A stretch of 64,000 nt of DNA from Callorhinchus milii (taxonomy: Eukaryota): positions 54,252,001 to 54,316,000 of the forward strand of contig NW_024704742.1 of the NCBI RefSeq assembly GCF_018977255.1, read 5' to 3'. Shown in pieces: positions 1 to 13,070 of the stretch (position 1 is the first letter of the stretch; each line of letters opens with the position of its first letter). Under the pieces are notes generated by a model that had not been told where the DNA came from, searched no databases, and saw only the letters and a list, made by a program, of their open reading frames with translations. The position numbers and the translations under genes were made by a program.

Positions 1-249
1 TAAGAAGGTAAAGAAGATAACTTTACTGTTAAACATCTGCATTGTTGAATATTCGTCCAAGGATGAGCCTGTAGACTTCCTTTGTACTTCCAGCTGATTG
101 TTATGGGTGACAGTGTCATTTCTACCGAGGAGACGTTTTAGTGAGAAGAGTGAAGTGTGAAGGTTAACTTTCTGCTACTGTTTTACAATAGAAAAAAAAG
201 CTTATTACCAATGTGTGCTGCAGAAAATATATTTTAATATGAAGTCCTA

Positions 250-603
250 TAGGTCATTGGTTAGAGCATTCGCCTCGCAAGCAACCTGGGTTCAATTCCC
301 AGGCAGGGCGAAACGTTGGGCAAATTTCCTTACCTCACATGCTTCTGTTTACCTAGCAGTAGCAGGAACCCGGTTGTTGATTGGTGGCTCACTTTTCTGG
401 GGGGAATAATTCCCTTCCAGAAATAATAAAATTTGGTCACTCAATCCACGACTATTTGTGGGACACTGCTGTGCGCAATTGGCTACCGTGTTTCACCCAC
501 AAAATATAGTCAGTTCACTTTACAGTATATTCTGTGAAGTGCTTTGAGGCATCTCAAAGATGTGGTAAGGCGCACTATCAAATGCAAGGATTATTATTAT
601 TAA
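250..603 (+). mobile_element. tRNA(Ala)-derived Deu-domain SINE, type A
   Basis: A/B-box head (ggttagagc...ctcgcaa...gggttcaattccc), Deu-like core tgctgtgcgcaattggct, L2-like tail ending atcaaatgcaaggattattatt. Confidence 0.85.
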
Positions 604-1852
604 TGATTTTATTCGCTTTTAGACTACTGAACCAATTAAATGTTAAAGTAGCACAGTATTAACTACAGTGCATTTGCGCTACTGTAGTACATTGAAAATG
701 TATCTGTGCCTATTGTGTTGCCATAAATAGCAATCAGGAGTGGACAAGAAAGAAATGGAAATAAACTCTGTATTATTAGGGAACTGTTTACAAGACATGG
801 TAGTAAAGTACGAAAACCTGTGAGCTGTATACATAAACCTTCTAAATGCATTGAGCATGCAATATTAAACCATTAGACCCTGCGTAGCTTTTCCTTAAGG
901 TTTGGCCTCTTCCTGGATACTTTTACAGTTTCTATTTTATTACATTGTTTTCATAATTGATAGTATCCTCCTGATTAAATGAATATGTCTGGCAGTAGCT
1001 TGAGGAACTTTAGTGTAATGCTCTTTGGTTATTGGTCTGAAGCAAGTTCTTAACATTGTTGTTTAAACCATCCCCTGTTAAACACTGTAAGAGACAAAGG
1101 TATTTCATGCAGGAAATAAGCTATTAACTCCAAAGGGTATTTTATGAATGAGCTCATATTTATCGTAACACCAGAAAACGTATCGATGAAGAAAATAGAA
1201 TTCTGTTTGAAGAGCTTTGTAAACATATTTTTAATAATGTGAAAGCATCTCCAGTTAATCCCTGCATAGTTTTTCTTTGACAAAAAATGTTGGAATTTGC
1301 CATTCAAATTTTTCTTCTTATCGTATCAAGATCTTTTCACGCATATTGGAACACTTATTGCATATTGTCACTTCCTGGAAAATATCAGTTGTTTCTTACA
1401 CAATGCACAGTACAATACAGGTGTCAACCTGGCTATGTTGGAAGTGCTTATGCTTCTATGTCATGAAGTTGTGAGTTCAAGCCCCACATCGAGACTTCAG
1501 CTCACAGAGTCAAGACTGACATACCAGTGCAACACTGGAGAATGCTCTAATATCTTTTAAATACATTGATCATTCAATTTATATCTCAGCTATCTAGTGA
1601 AAATAACTTCCACATTTGCGTACAAAAGCAGTTGCTACAACTGACAGTAAGGTGCTATAAAGATGAAAGTATTTCTCGTTCTATAACAACAAGCAAAGTT
1701 AGTCAAGATCAGGAACATTGCTTTAAATTGTTGTGAAATTACGGTAGAATTGTTTTAATTACTGGACTTTGAATTCTTTAATATGCATTATTTTATCCTG
1801 AATCTTGTCTCATACTTCAAAATACAATACAATACAAAATTACAGTTAGTGT

Positions 1853-2790
1853 TTAGGAACCAAGTGAGGGGGGAGGAGGGTTTGGGATCAGAGAGGTGGA
1901 GGACAGAGAGGAGAGTGGCCGAAGGCATGGTCGAAGAGGAGGGTCTTGAGAGTGCCTTGAAAGAAGCAAGGGAGGGAGCAAGGTGAAGGGATTATGGGAT
2001 GGAGTTCCAAAGGATGGGGGCAGAGAGCCTGAAAGCCTGGCCGACGATGGTAAGGTGGGTTGGACGGGAGACATGGAGCAGGCCGGAGCCTGCTGAGCAG
2101 AGGGAGTGGACAGGTTGATGGGGATCAGCAGGTCAGAGAGGTAGGAGGGGTCAAGGCCGTGCATGGCCTTGAAAGTGAGGACAAGAATTTTGAATTCTAT
2201 CCTCTGAAGGATGGGGAGCCAGTGGAGCCGGGCGAGGGTGGGGGTGATGGAGTTGCGGAGCCTGATGCAAGAGAGGACACTATATGCAGAGTTCTGGATA
2301 ATCTGCAGCTTGTGGAGGGAAGAGTTGGGGAGACCGACAAGGAGGGAGTCTCCATAGTCGAGCCTTGAGGTGACGATTGCATGTAGGAGGGTTTCAGCGG
2401 TCTGAGGGGTGAGGCAGTGGGTGAGTTGGGCAATGTTGTGGAAGTGGGAGAAGGCAGAGTGGGTTATGGCACGGATGTGGGGGAGAAAGTTGAAGGTCGA
2501 ACAAGATGCCCAGGTTCCTGACTGGCTCAGTGAGGTGGAGTGTGCATCCAGGGAGTAGCAGTAGAGGAAGGAGTAAAGCTGGGAAGCAACAACTCTTTCA
2601 AGGAGCTTAGAAAGGAAAGGTAGGTTGGAGATGAGGCAGTAGTCAGTGAGCAAGGATGGGTCCAAGGAAGGTTTGTTTTAGGATAGAGGTGATGACAGCT
2701 GTTTTTATGGGGGGTGAGAATAGTGTCAGTTGACAGCGAGAGGTTGACGAGGTCCCGAGGAGCTGCAACGTAAGGAGAGGGGTAGGGATG
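1853..2790 (-). mobile_element. L2 LINE ORF2 relic with internal deletion
   Basis: Translation gives ISNLPFLSKLLERVV and HAIVTSRLDY...LHWLPILQRIEFKIL, typical of L2 ORF2; the RT core is missing. Confidence 0.9.
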
Positions 2791-3957
2791 GGGTTATACT
2801 TCATTGTAAAGCACAGTTATAACGCAAGGGTGCACAGCAAAGAGCAAATTTTGAGCATTACACTGATGGTTGCACATGTCAGGTGAATTTCAAATAGATT
2901 CCAGCTACTGTGTCAAGTCAACTGTATTCCATACGCTTGCAAAATGGTTTGTTCTAAATTATTGTCTTCCTCAGGAGCGACAGAAGTCCTGGAATTTATT
3001 ATCACTAGTCAGTAACGAGTGATTTGTTTCTTAAGTATCTGGTAGAATCTTAAACACAGTGATTTCTAATGGCTGTTCCATGTACAAAATATTTTTTACA
3101 TACAATTCTGAAATATTAACCTTGTGATCAGATAACTCTAAAGAGTGCTTCTGCAGATTCCAGTGTAATATTATCTCCATACTAAGAAGCTGTCATCTCA
3201 ACCAAGAAACCCATAAAACAAGGTAGACAAGATCTTTTCTTGTGGAAACCACATGTTGATGGATATGATCGCCTCTGGTGCCAAGTGCATCTGAGTAATG
3301 GCATCTATCAACAAACCCTCCATGAGTTAGTTTCCCTATTGCTGAAGTGAGGCTGCTAGGCCTGTAGTTGGCAGGGCCACCCATGCTTTAAGATGGGCAT
3401 CACTTCGATCACTTTCCAGTATTCTGGAACTTCACTGTTATTAAGGAGTTGTTAAAGATACAAGCTAGGGACTCTCAAATACAATACACTACACTTTACA
3501 TTTATGTTGACTTTAGGAGGGTGTCTCAAAGAGCTCAGATCGTCTCCCCTAATTCCCTGGGGTGTGGCTCACTGAGCAAAAGTCCTGTTGTCTTAAAGGC
3601 CTATGATTTGGGTCAGTACTACCTTATAGCTGAAAGTTGGGCCATCCATCCTTTCTTCTAACCATTTCTTGGGTAGAACTATATTTCTGTCCTTACTGGA
3701 GAATAATGAGAAGTTGGGGTTGAGCTTAGAACATTAGTACCTTCAGATTTGCAACATTACGGCTGTGATTAATTTTTGCTCATACCATAGAATTTTCCCT
3801 GACTGAAATGCTGCCGGGAGAACTCCAAAGAGGGTTTGCACTGGCAGCAAGATTTGAAGTTACAAATGCATTTACAGAACACTGTCTGTTTGAAAAACAT
3901 CCACTTATCAATAAGAGTTCCACAGAATTGCAAATTATACACTTTAAAGTAGAATGA

Positions 3958-4161
<204 letters not shown>

Positions 4162-5356
4162 TAAGTTTAGTTATATCTTCTCATCTCAGTTTTCTCTTTT
4201 AGATTTGAGCTAATTATAGTTAATAATTACTGAATAGTAAAAGACTAGTTTTCGAATGTTTTAATGAAAGCTGACATTAGTTATCAGCTAAGAAATCCTC
4301 ACCAACAAATTCTAAAGCAACAGCATTCCCAGGGCAATTGACAGGATTTACAGCCTTCAAGATCCATAGGTTTTCTATTTCCTTTAATTTCGGTTCAAAT
4401 GGAATGCAATGTTTTATTATCCCCCATCTCTTCAAGTCACTGAGTGCACCCCACGCCACTCCCAGCCAAGAGACTGATCATGCGTTGGGTCCTCAGTCTG
4501 CATTGATGCCATTCTGGCAAAGGTGATGGAGAAATGTATGAGATTATTGGGGAGCAGGGCAGGGGTTAGAGTTACTTGCTAAATTACTGCAGTCCTGTTA
4601 TAACGTGCTTTTGTATAGCTTGAATTCAGTTGTAAGGCACTTGCAGTATGGACCAATTCACTGAACATAGTCACTCGCTTCCCGTGAATTGGTGAGCTCT
4701 CATCTTAAAACAGCCAGATGATCAGATCACTGCTCAGATAACTTTCTACACACTGGGCAAGTGCAGCACCCAGGAAATGATACTGGCTATTTTTATAGAT
4801 ACCAACCACTGTGAAAGCAGAGCCTCCGCTGTATGCTAAAACAATTGCTTGAATGGCCTCGTTCTGTTATTTCTATGGTTCCATGGTTGGTAAAATGCCA
4901 GTTTTCAGTTTCAGAATTGTCTCAGTAACATGAGAAGGTTTAGGAGGTTCTTTATGGAAAAAGCAAAATTAAATAAACCACTGGATATACAACAACAACC
5001 TGCATTTTATACAGCACTCTCCATGCCAGGTGGCATCTCAGAGCGCTTAACAATGGCTGAGCTCGAGGCCGTGTAGTGTAAAGGTGCGTTCTACCTAACT
5101 ATACAGAAATTAGACCTAAATAGGTCTGCATTAGAAGCCGTAATCTGTAAATTACATCGGGAAAATTGTTCATTGGTACAAATAATGTTACAATTAGGAT
5201 CATGAAAACAAAATCCTGCATTCTTACAGGCCCAAAATGAGACAAGTATTTTGCTCTAGGTATCACCAATTTTTGAACATATTAAATGAACATTATAGAT
5301 TATCGTCATTAAGAAATGTTGCATTGCAATTTGTAATTGTTTTTCTCCTCTCACAG

Positions 5357-5372
5357 CTTTTTGATTAAGTAA
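5357..5372 (+). CDS. TUSC3: TUSC3 terminal coding exon, (S)FLIK-stop
   Basis: Acceptor ttttctcctctcacag|C TTT TTG ATT AAG TAA; its phase matches the previous exon. The SFLIK end is the known TUSC3 isoform end, whereas the paralog MAGT1 ends SFLMS. Confidence 0.93.
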
Positions 5373-6479
5373 TCTGCAGATCACAAGAGATGGCACGGTG
5401 ATGGCACGGAATGAAGACAATCCCTATCTGAAGAAAACGTAGTTTATGCTCGTGTTTGCTAGCAAATTGTAAAAAAAAAATTCAAGGTCTTTGTTGTGGA
5501 ATTGTAAAGGTGCATTTAGAAGTCGCTCAGTACATTTTTTTTAATTTTTAGAAATTATTAGTTCAGTTTGCTGTGCAAGGTGGGGTCCAGAGAAACCAAC
5601 AATAACTTGTATTTATGTCGCACCTTACATGCAAGAGAGCATCTAGACAACAACAGAATGAATTAAATCCCATGGCTTTGTCTGAATTCACTGGTCTACT
5701 ACCACATCATAACCTGTTGTTTTGTTGAAGTATTTCATGTTCTCTAATATCTAATGAAGCACTGAGCCTGTTTTGTGAAAAGGAGCCTGGGATCAATATT
5801 ATGTGCATGATCTGGTTATCAATTTAAACTAAACGTGGCATTGTCTACCTCCCATGTATAAAGTCTCAGTACAGCCCCAAACCAGGATTTAACAAGAAAT
5901 ACTAATCCACTCTCTTTTGTACTAAGTTAGGAGGTTTTGGGAATCTTTTTCAAGTTTTGAAATCATATTTCGTTGAACAGCATGTCACACAACTCCAGCA
6001 ATCCAATTGGTGGCCTCACTCCATATTTCAAACCTTTAGATTTGCAATTTAATATAGCTAGCAAGTGATCAATGGTGCCAGGTACCACTTGTTACTTGCT
6101 AGCCATGTCATGTGCCTTCTATTGTAATGGGCAACAACCTTTTCCATTTGTAGTTTATTTACCTGCACGCTACACTATCTTCCATTAGTTCCAAGATCTT
6201 ATTGTTTTACTTCCCATTCATACCTTCCTATAGGGTCATAGAATGTGATAATACAATACAAAATTACATTTGTATAGCGCCTTTCACATTGGGAGGACAT
6301 CTCACGGTGCTGGTTACAGCACAGGGCCATCGTCCATTGAAGTCTGCACTGGTGTTTAAATCCACATGAGATACCTAATATAATGCAGCTCTCATGCTCT
6401 GTCTCCTTGCTGCTTAATACAGTAAAACTCACATAAATCATATTAGTCAGGACCATAACATTTAATATGACTTACGTGA

Positions 6480-6790
6480 AGTCCGAGTTACAAACAAACT
6501 TGCATAAATCGGATGAAATCCAATTTAATCGATAAAATGCACTTTGCATGCGTAATTCAATGCAGTACTTTGTCACTGCAGCCAGTAAGTGCACATGTGG
6601 CTCCATTGAATTGCGGGAAATGTAGTTTTGACTCATTGTCGCATGCGCACTTATCCCATTCATGGGAATCGCACTGAACCACAGGAAATGAAGTTCTTTT
6701 GCGTATGTGTCGACTGGTCAGGACGTCATTTCTCCCGATTCGATGCAGCCAGTAAGTGTGGGAGTAATGTAGGTTAGGGGAGCAGTGTTA
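6480..6790 (+). promoter_or_regulatory. CpG-rich housekeeping-type promoter with putative non-coding first exon (~6696-6751)
   Basis: Local CpG enrichment in a CpG-poor window. Motifs: ZNF143/THAP11 (GCGGGAAATGTAGTT, 6613-6627), AP-1 TGACTCA (6629-6635), NRF1-like TCGCATGCGCA (6639-6649), ETS-like CAGGAAAT (~6682), TCT-like TTCTTTT (6694-6700), CRE-like GACGTCA (6722-6728), donor CCA|gtaagt at 6751/6752. Confidence 0.7.
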
Positions 6791-8540
6791 CGAGTTAGAG
6801 GATGATTAATATGAGCAGTGCAAAGCAATCTAAGTAGTTTTGATAGGAAACTGAATGAATGGGACTTGGCATAGATGATTATACGATGTATAAAAATAAG
6901 ACTTATGCGAGTTTTACTGTTTTCCTCCTTTCCGCACATCCCTTTTAAAAGGATTTATGACATCAACTAGTTCAAAGTGTTTTTTTCCACCTGAATCTAA
7001 CTTGTAATCTTACCATCCTGCGTTCTTTATATTTTGCAACAAATATTTTTTGCCTAGGCTTACACGGTTTTCTCTGACTGAAAACTAGTCTCATGAATTT
7101 TCTAATCTCATCTCTCCCCATTTTCTTTCCCAGTTTCCTTCGCTGAGAGCACGATAGAATAATGCAGCTCAATGTTACTGCATTAAAACTGACTACTGAT
7201 AAGACACCTCATTTTATTCTATTAGCTGCTCGGAAGCCCCCAGTATCAGGATTGTCTCACATCCTGCTCCAATTGGATATCCTTTTATTCTGCTAAATTT
7301 GTACAATTTTTTTNATCAACATGAGTTCCAGGTACAGATAGCCGATACAGATGCTGAATCCTTCATGTGGTAATGTGTTTTAAATTGATTTTTAGTGGGT
7401 GTACTTTTGAGTGGGTGCTAATAAGACTTTAATGACTATGGAAAGCAAGTACTTTGTGACCACTTTTAAAGCAAGTGATGGATGTGCTTTACCAGAGAAC
7501 ATAAACGTACAGGTATTTGTTTGAACTCCTAGTACTTCACTGCTGAGCACGTCTCATGATAAAAGCTGATGCAGTGGATACTTTTAGGTTTTCTGCTTCT
7601 AGCGATGAATTATATCTGCCTCTGCTACAAAGTGTCAATCTTCTTGAGTAACTGCTCCTGGTATTCATTTCTGATGTGGTTTGCAAGACATTAGAAGTTT
7701 CGAAGACAGGTCGCCTGATTTTGCTGTTCTGTCTGCTTGGGAAACAATAAGCCTTGAAATTAGTATAATCAGTTGAAAGCAAAACAAGATTTTGGAAAAA
7801 TCAAATAAATTTGTGTTTGTTAAACAAGATTGTTGTTGAAGTGCTCTTTTGTAATGTTTGTGGCCAATGTTATTAAACTCACCTCAGACACTGACCATAT
7901 TGAGCTCCTGACTTCATTCTAATTGGCAGAATCAGTACTGAGCCCTGGTGGTTTGGTCATCCCTCAGCGTTCCTTTCATCCAGGCTCTCGAGGAACTCTG
8001 CTTTCCTCCATTTCTGAAACATCATTTGCCTCTGTCACTATCTCACCCTCCAATAATAATCTCAACTATGCCTTTGTCACCTGCAGGCTCAACTTCTCCA
8101 ATCTTGCCAATCTTCCCAACTCTACTCTTCACAAGCCCCAGATCATCTAGATTATTATAACTCAGCAATCCACCATCTCTCCCGCACTGCCTTCCCATTC
8201 CCCAGTGGATCAACTTTAAGATCCTCACCTCCAATTACCTTCATGGCATTGGCTCATCCTTGGCACTCTCCAGTGATTCTATTCTCCTCCAACTCGTCCG
8301 ACCAACTCTGGCTTCCTTCATGTTTTCCAAAAGCTCTGCTCAACCATCTCCAGACAGGTTTTCAGCCCCTTTACCCCACGACTTAAAATTCTCTTCAAAA
8401 ATCCTTCCCCCCACCCTCCCCAGCCCCCTCTCTTTCTGTTTTCAAATCCTGCCTAATAGTTTCTCTCTCTGATTAAACCTGTGCCACCTTCCCGCTACTC
8501 GCTACTTCTCTCCCAGCTTGGGTTTTCACTCAGACTTAAG

Positions 8541-8988
8541 AACAACAACAACAACAACAAGATTCCATTTATTGAGGGGAGGGAAGGAGCGAGGAGGGGG
8601 TAGAGAGTCAAGAGGGGAGCTGAAGGCACGGTCAAAGAGAAAGGTCTTGAGACCGGCCTTGAAGGAGGAAAGGGAGGAGGCGGCGAAGGCACTGGGGGAT
8701 CGAGTTCCAGAGCCTCGGGGCTGAGAGGCTGAAGGCTCGGCCACCGATGGTAGGGCAGTTGGGGCGGGGGATGTGGAGCAGACCGGAGCCAGAGGAACGG
8801 AGGGTACGGGCAGGTAGGTAGGGGGATAGTAGGTCGGAGAGGTAGGAGGGAGCGAGGCCGTGAATGGCCTTGTAGGTGAGGATCTTGAATTCGATCCTCT
8901 GGAGGATGGGGAGCCAGTGGAGGCGAGCGAGGGTGGGAGTGATGTGTTCCCGAAGCCTGGTGCGGGACAGTACACGAGCTGCACGAGA
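8541..8988 (-). mobile_element. Young 5'-truncated L2
   Basis: HITPTLARLHWLPILQRIEFKIL...GGRAFSLSAPRLWNSIP, with a (TTG)n tail. Confidence 0.92.
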
Positions 8989-9551
8989 AATACCAAAGAA
9001 AGACACAGACACATTTTACATAGTTGTTGCTGAGTTTACTTTCTCCATTAATGATGGTTGATCAATCTTCAGTCCTATTATCAATAGCTTCAGGATGTCA
9101 ATGCACTATAGTTACTTCGGTTTGGGGTTTTAGCAAACAGATATTTCCTGACCCAGTCACTGATAGAGAGCAAATCTAGCAAGTACCTACATTTGCACCA
9201 GAAAATTCCTGTTCACCATTTGAGAAGAAGTTGTTACATCTTGAACAGGTATTCTGGAAAAACAAGCTCTGCCATTACTTCCGGTATTTCAAATATCTTC
9301 TTCCTCTCTTCATCAACGTACAACAACTGAGCCTGTAAAGTGGTTGGAAATGGTATCCTAATTGAATGTCGTTATATAAATACAAGTTGCCGTCTTACAT
9401 AAAGGGGGCAATGTAAATACTGTACAAGTCATTGAAATAAAATTTAATTTCTACTATGAAGTAGATTGAAGTACATTTTATGTCATGTACTTTATATACT
9501 ATTTTCTAAATTAACCCTTCAAAAAGAAAACTCTAGGATTTAGCTACTGGA

Positions 9552-9588
9552 TGACGTCACCTCCAATAACTTCCCCAAATATGGCGCT
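9552..9588. promoter_or_regulatory. Perfect CRE plus YY1-like site, possible enhancer or promoter element
   Basis: TGACGTCA at 9552-9559 and AAATATGGCG at 9577-9586 in unique sequence. Confidence 0.3.
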
Positions 9589-9941
9589 GCTGTATGTGAC
9601 TGCATCACAAAAGCCCAAAAGGCAGACTTTCATCAGTCAACAGCCTCACCATGTAAGGCATTCCTTAATATGACAAGGTCAGACTGCAGAAGCCAGTACC
9701 CATCAAAAACTTGTCAAATGACTGAATTGTCCATAGTTACTGTCAACAGCTTTGAATAGAAACTTCTGAACTTCCTTGGAGACTTCAAATAGAATTCAGT
9801 TTTAAAACATACTCAGAATCTTAACCTTTCACGTTCAGGATTTGCAAGCTTGCGACTCGCCAACCTGCAGATTTGTGGTTTGCCCCCATGGAAAGGGGTT
9901 ACAATCTTGTCTATTTACTCACATTATGTCCGACCCCGCTC

Positions 9942-9980
9942 GCCTACCTACCTACCTACTTACTACCTACCTGCCTACCT
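9942..9980. repeat. (CTAC)n microsatellite
   Basis: Visible imperfect tetranucleotide run. Confidence 0.8.
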
Positions 9981-11484
9981 TACGCATTGAAATTTCCCCA
10001 CTCTGGAAGGGAATGAAAACTCTCTCTCCCTATACGGAAGGACGCACCCTGTTTACCTAATCCCGCAGAGTACTATCAGGGCAGGTGCAGGGTTGGCTTT
10101 TCAAATAGTGCCATCAGATCATTCGGCTCCACCTGAACGGGCACAGGCGGGGGTTTCCTTCAGCTCCCCTCTCGACTCTCTACCCACTCCTCGCTCCCTC
10201 CCTTCCCTCCCCTCACCCTGACCATTTCCCCCTTGCTCGGGTCCCAACCCAACTGTCCAGCGCCTTGGGATATCCTCCCGACGTGAAAGACGCTCTATAA
10301 ATGCAATCTTGTTGTTGTTGAAAAAAACAGCAATAATGTAGAAATATTAAACCAAAGTATGGGAATGTGTTATTTTGGCTGTATAGCAATGAGTAAAGTA
10401 AATCACTCCGTTGCACTCCTTAGTACATATAACTCAGTTTTCAGTAACTTTAGCACTAACTTCTAAAAAAAACAATTATAATAATTATCCTTGCATTTGA
10501 TTTAGTATCTTATCACATCATCAAAAGTTCTCAAAAGTGCTTCACGGGATTTACCTTGAAGTGTACTGTCTGTATTTACAGTTGAACAATCATACATCTT
10601 TAAAGGAATTTTTAAGGATTATTTTCCAATATATACTGTTCTATGTTTTTATATTGTTGTAACTGAAGCAACGCACATATCTTTAACCATTTTGGGGGGA
10701 AAATGCAAGTTTTATGTAAAAAAATGAAACAAAAGCAAATGTTCAATATAGAATCATTTTCATTTGAGTGCAGAATGACTTACAATCCAGACTTTGTGTA
10801 TCTCTTTTTAACTTTATTAAGTAAAAGTCTGAATTACATTAGTAACACTGTATTGAATGAGTTACAAGTAAAGCAATTGCGTAAAAGCCTTTGTGAGCTA
10901 GTCTAAACATGACTGAAAAGTTGACGTAGCTGATTGTTTCAATGCAAATAATGAAGGCATGTCACGAACTTATCCAACTGTGCAATGTATGATTTGCATA
11001 AAATACTAAGCATATACTGCTTTTATCTTTGTATTAAACAGCTGCTTAATATTAACCAGATGCAATGAAATAATTGTTTGCATTTCAAACCTCAGCTTGG
11101 GAAATCACATAACTGTTATTTTTTGATAGCCTTTTTTATTGAATTTTCCATAATGTGGCACAGAGCTAATAAAGTATGCAATTCTATGATTCCACGATTC
11201 TAGGTCAATAAATAAGTTAGAGAGAAAGTGTAAACTGGATACAAATTGCTTACCTTATATCAATGGAATATCAACAGGAACCCCTGATACTGGAGAAAGT
11301 AACTGCTGCAAAACACACAGGCCAGGTAGCACCAGGGACGTTTTTGCACAAAGCTGCTCAGATTGAAAATAACCTCCATATTTCAGTGCTAGGCATGTGC
11401 CGGATTGTCGGAGTTGCCAACCTTAGATATGACACTAAACCGAGGTCCAGTGTTAACTTGTATAATAAAATTGAATTGTGGAGT

Positions 11485-11856
11485 ACTGTGATCTGTTGGT
11501 TAGAGCACTTGCCTTGCAAGCAAGAGGACCCAGGTTCAATTCCTGGGCAGGACGAAACTTTAGGCAAGTTTCCTTACTCAACATGCCTCTGTTTACATAA
11601 CTGTCAGTAGGAACCTGGTTGTTAGTCAATTGGTGGATCACTTTTTGGGGTAATAATCCCTTCATTTTTTTAATAATATTAATTCGGTCACTCAATCAAC
11701 GACTGTTTGTGGGTCACTCCTGTGTGCAATTGGTTGCCACATTTCGCCCACAGAAACATACAGTCAATTCACTTTACAGTATATTCTGTAAAGTGCTTTG
11801 AAACATCCAGACAATGTATTAAGGCTCTATTTCAAATGCAAGGATTATTATTATTA
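11485..11856 (+). mobile_element. Type A tRNA-SINE, full length
   Basis: Co-linear with 250-603; head has a TGC anticodon-like loop and a B box. Confidence 0.85.
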
Positions 11857-12046
11857 AATACTAATGTAAGAAATTGTATACGTGTATTTACATACTTGTT
11901 TACATGTGACACTTAATAAACTTCACTTTCTCAGGTAATAAAAAGGCAATTGCTAATTGGTGAGATTATGCCAGGGATCTGAGATAAAATGGCAATAATT
12001 GTGTTCTACTTTCTTGTTTTATGGACTTCTCTTTCATCCTGTCTGC

Positions 12047-12325
12047 GATGGATCTCAGTGGTTAGAGCACTCGCCTCGTAAGCGAGAGACCTGGGTTGTA
12101 TTCCTGGCAGCGCAAAACATTGGGCCAGTTTCCTTACTCCACAGCAAGTAGCAATAAGTAGAAACCTGGTTGTTAGTCGATTGGCGGATCGCATTTATGG
12201 GGATAACAATACCTCAAGAAAAAAAACAATAATTTGGTCACTGCCGCATTTCGCCCACAAATATACAGTCAAATTCACTTTACAGTGTATTCTGTGAAGT
12301 GCTTTGAGATGTCTAGAAGACGTGA
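12047..12325 (+). mobile_element. Type A tRNA-SINE with internal deletion
   Basis: Same head and tail as 11485-11856, lacking part of the Deu core. Confidence 0.8.
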
Positions 12326-12549
12326 TTTAGGCTCAAAGCTGAAACCTGCTGTCTCTTTTCAAATTTTTTCAAATTTAAAACATGCGTTTTTATCTCACAG
12401 GAGACATAAAGGTAACCAGCTTCCCAGTAGCACTTTGCTTTGAGTGAGCAGCAGTAATTCGAATATATTCCAACATTGATAGTGTCAGTTCATAGTTCTT
12501 GTTATTTCACATTATCTAATATAGCGAACAAAGTCTACATTTTTAACCC

Positions 12550-13070
12550 AACAACAACAACTTGCATTTATAGAGTGCCCTTCATGGGGGTAGTATCTCA
12601 GTGTGCTTAACAGTGACGGAGCTTGACGCCAAGTCAGGGAGAGAGGGGAGATGATCGTAAGCACGGTCAAAGAGGAAGGTCTTCAGATATGATCTGAAGG
12701 TGGTCAAGGAGGGAGAAAGAATGATGGATTGAGGCAGAGTTCCAAGGTTTGGGGGCACACTGGGTGAAGGCAAGGCCACCAATGGTGGAGTAGTAGGGTG
12801 GGGGGCGTGGCGGAAATGGAAGCAAGCGGCATGTAGAAAACTGGAGCCAGCTGAGCAAAGGGGGCAGGTAATAGAGTGGGATGTAAGCATGTCCAAGAGG
12901 CAGGAAGGTGCTTGGGTATGAATTGATTTATAAGTAATTTGAGGATCTTGAAATCGATCCATTCTACAATAGGAAGCCAATGGAGCTTGGCAAGGACTGG
13001 GGTGATGGGGTTGAGGGGTTTGGTATGGTTGAAAATATGAGCAGTGGAGCTTGGGATCTGTTGGATCTAA
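12550..13070 (-). mobile_element. Older L2 3' fragment
   Basis: Degenerate ORF2 C-terminus (LKTFLFDRAY) and tail. Confidence 0.8.

Noticed and set aside
250..310. tRNA-Ala-like sequences here and at 11485, 12047 and 28410-28470
   Set aside because: They are SINE heads with broken stems, each followed by the SINE body.
2975..3020. Acceptor-like site upstream of the TUSC3 exon
   Set aside because: No frame matches the expected preceding TUSC3 exon (..NEAATSKGDVGKRR), which appears to lie outside the window.
6505..6630. Octamer plus Staf elements suggesting an snRNA-type promoter
   Set aside because: The octamers are imperfect and no PSE or known snRNA body was found nearby.
9080..9170. SECIS-like pattern on the minus strand after the 9234 stop
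   Set aside because: Helix II pairing is poor and the upstream gene itself is unproven.
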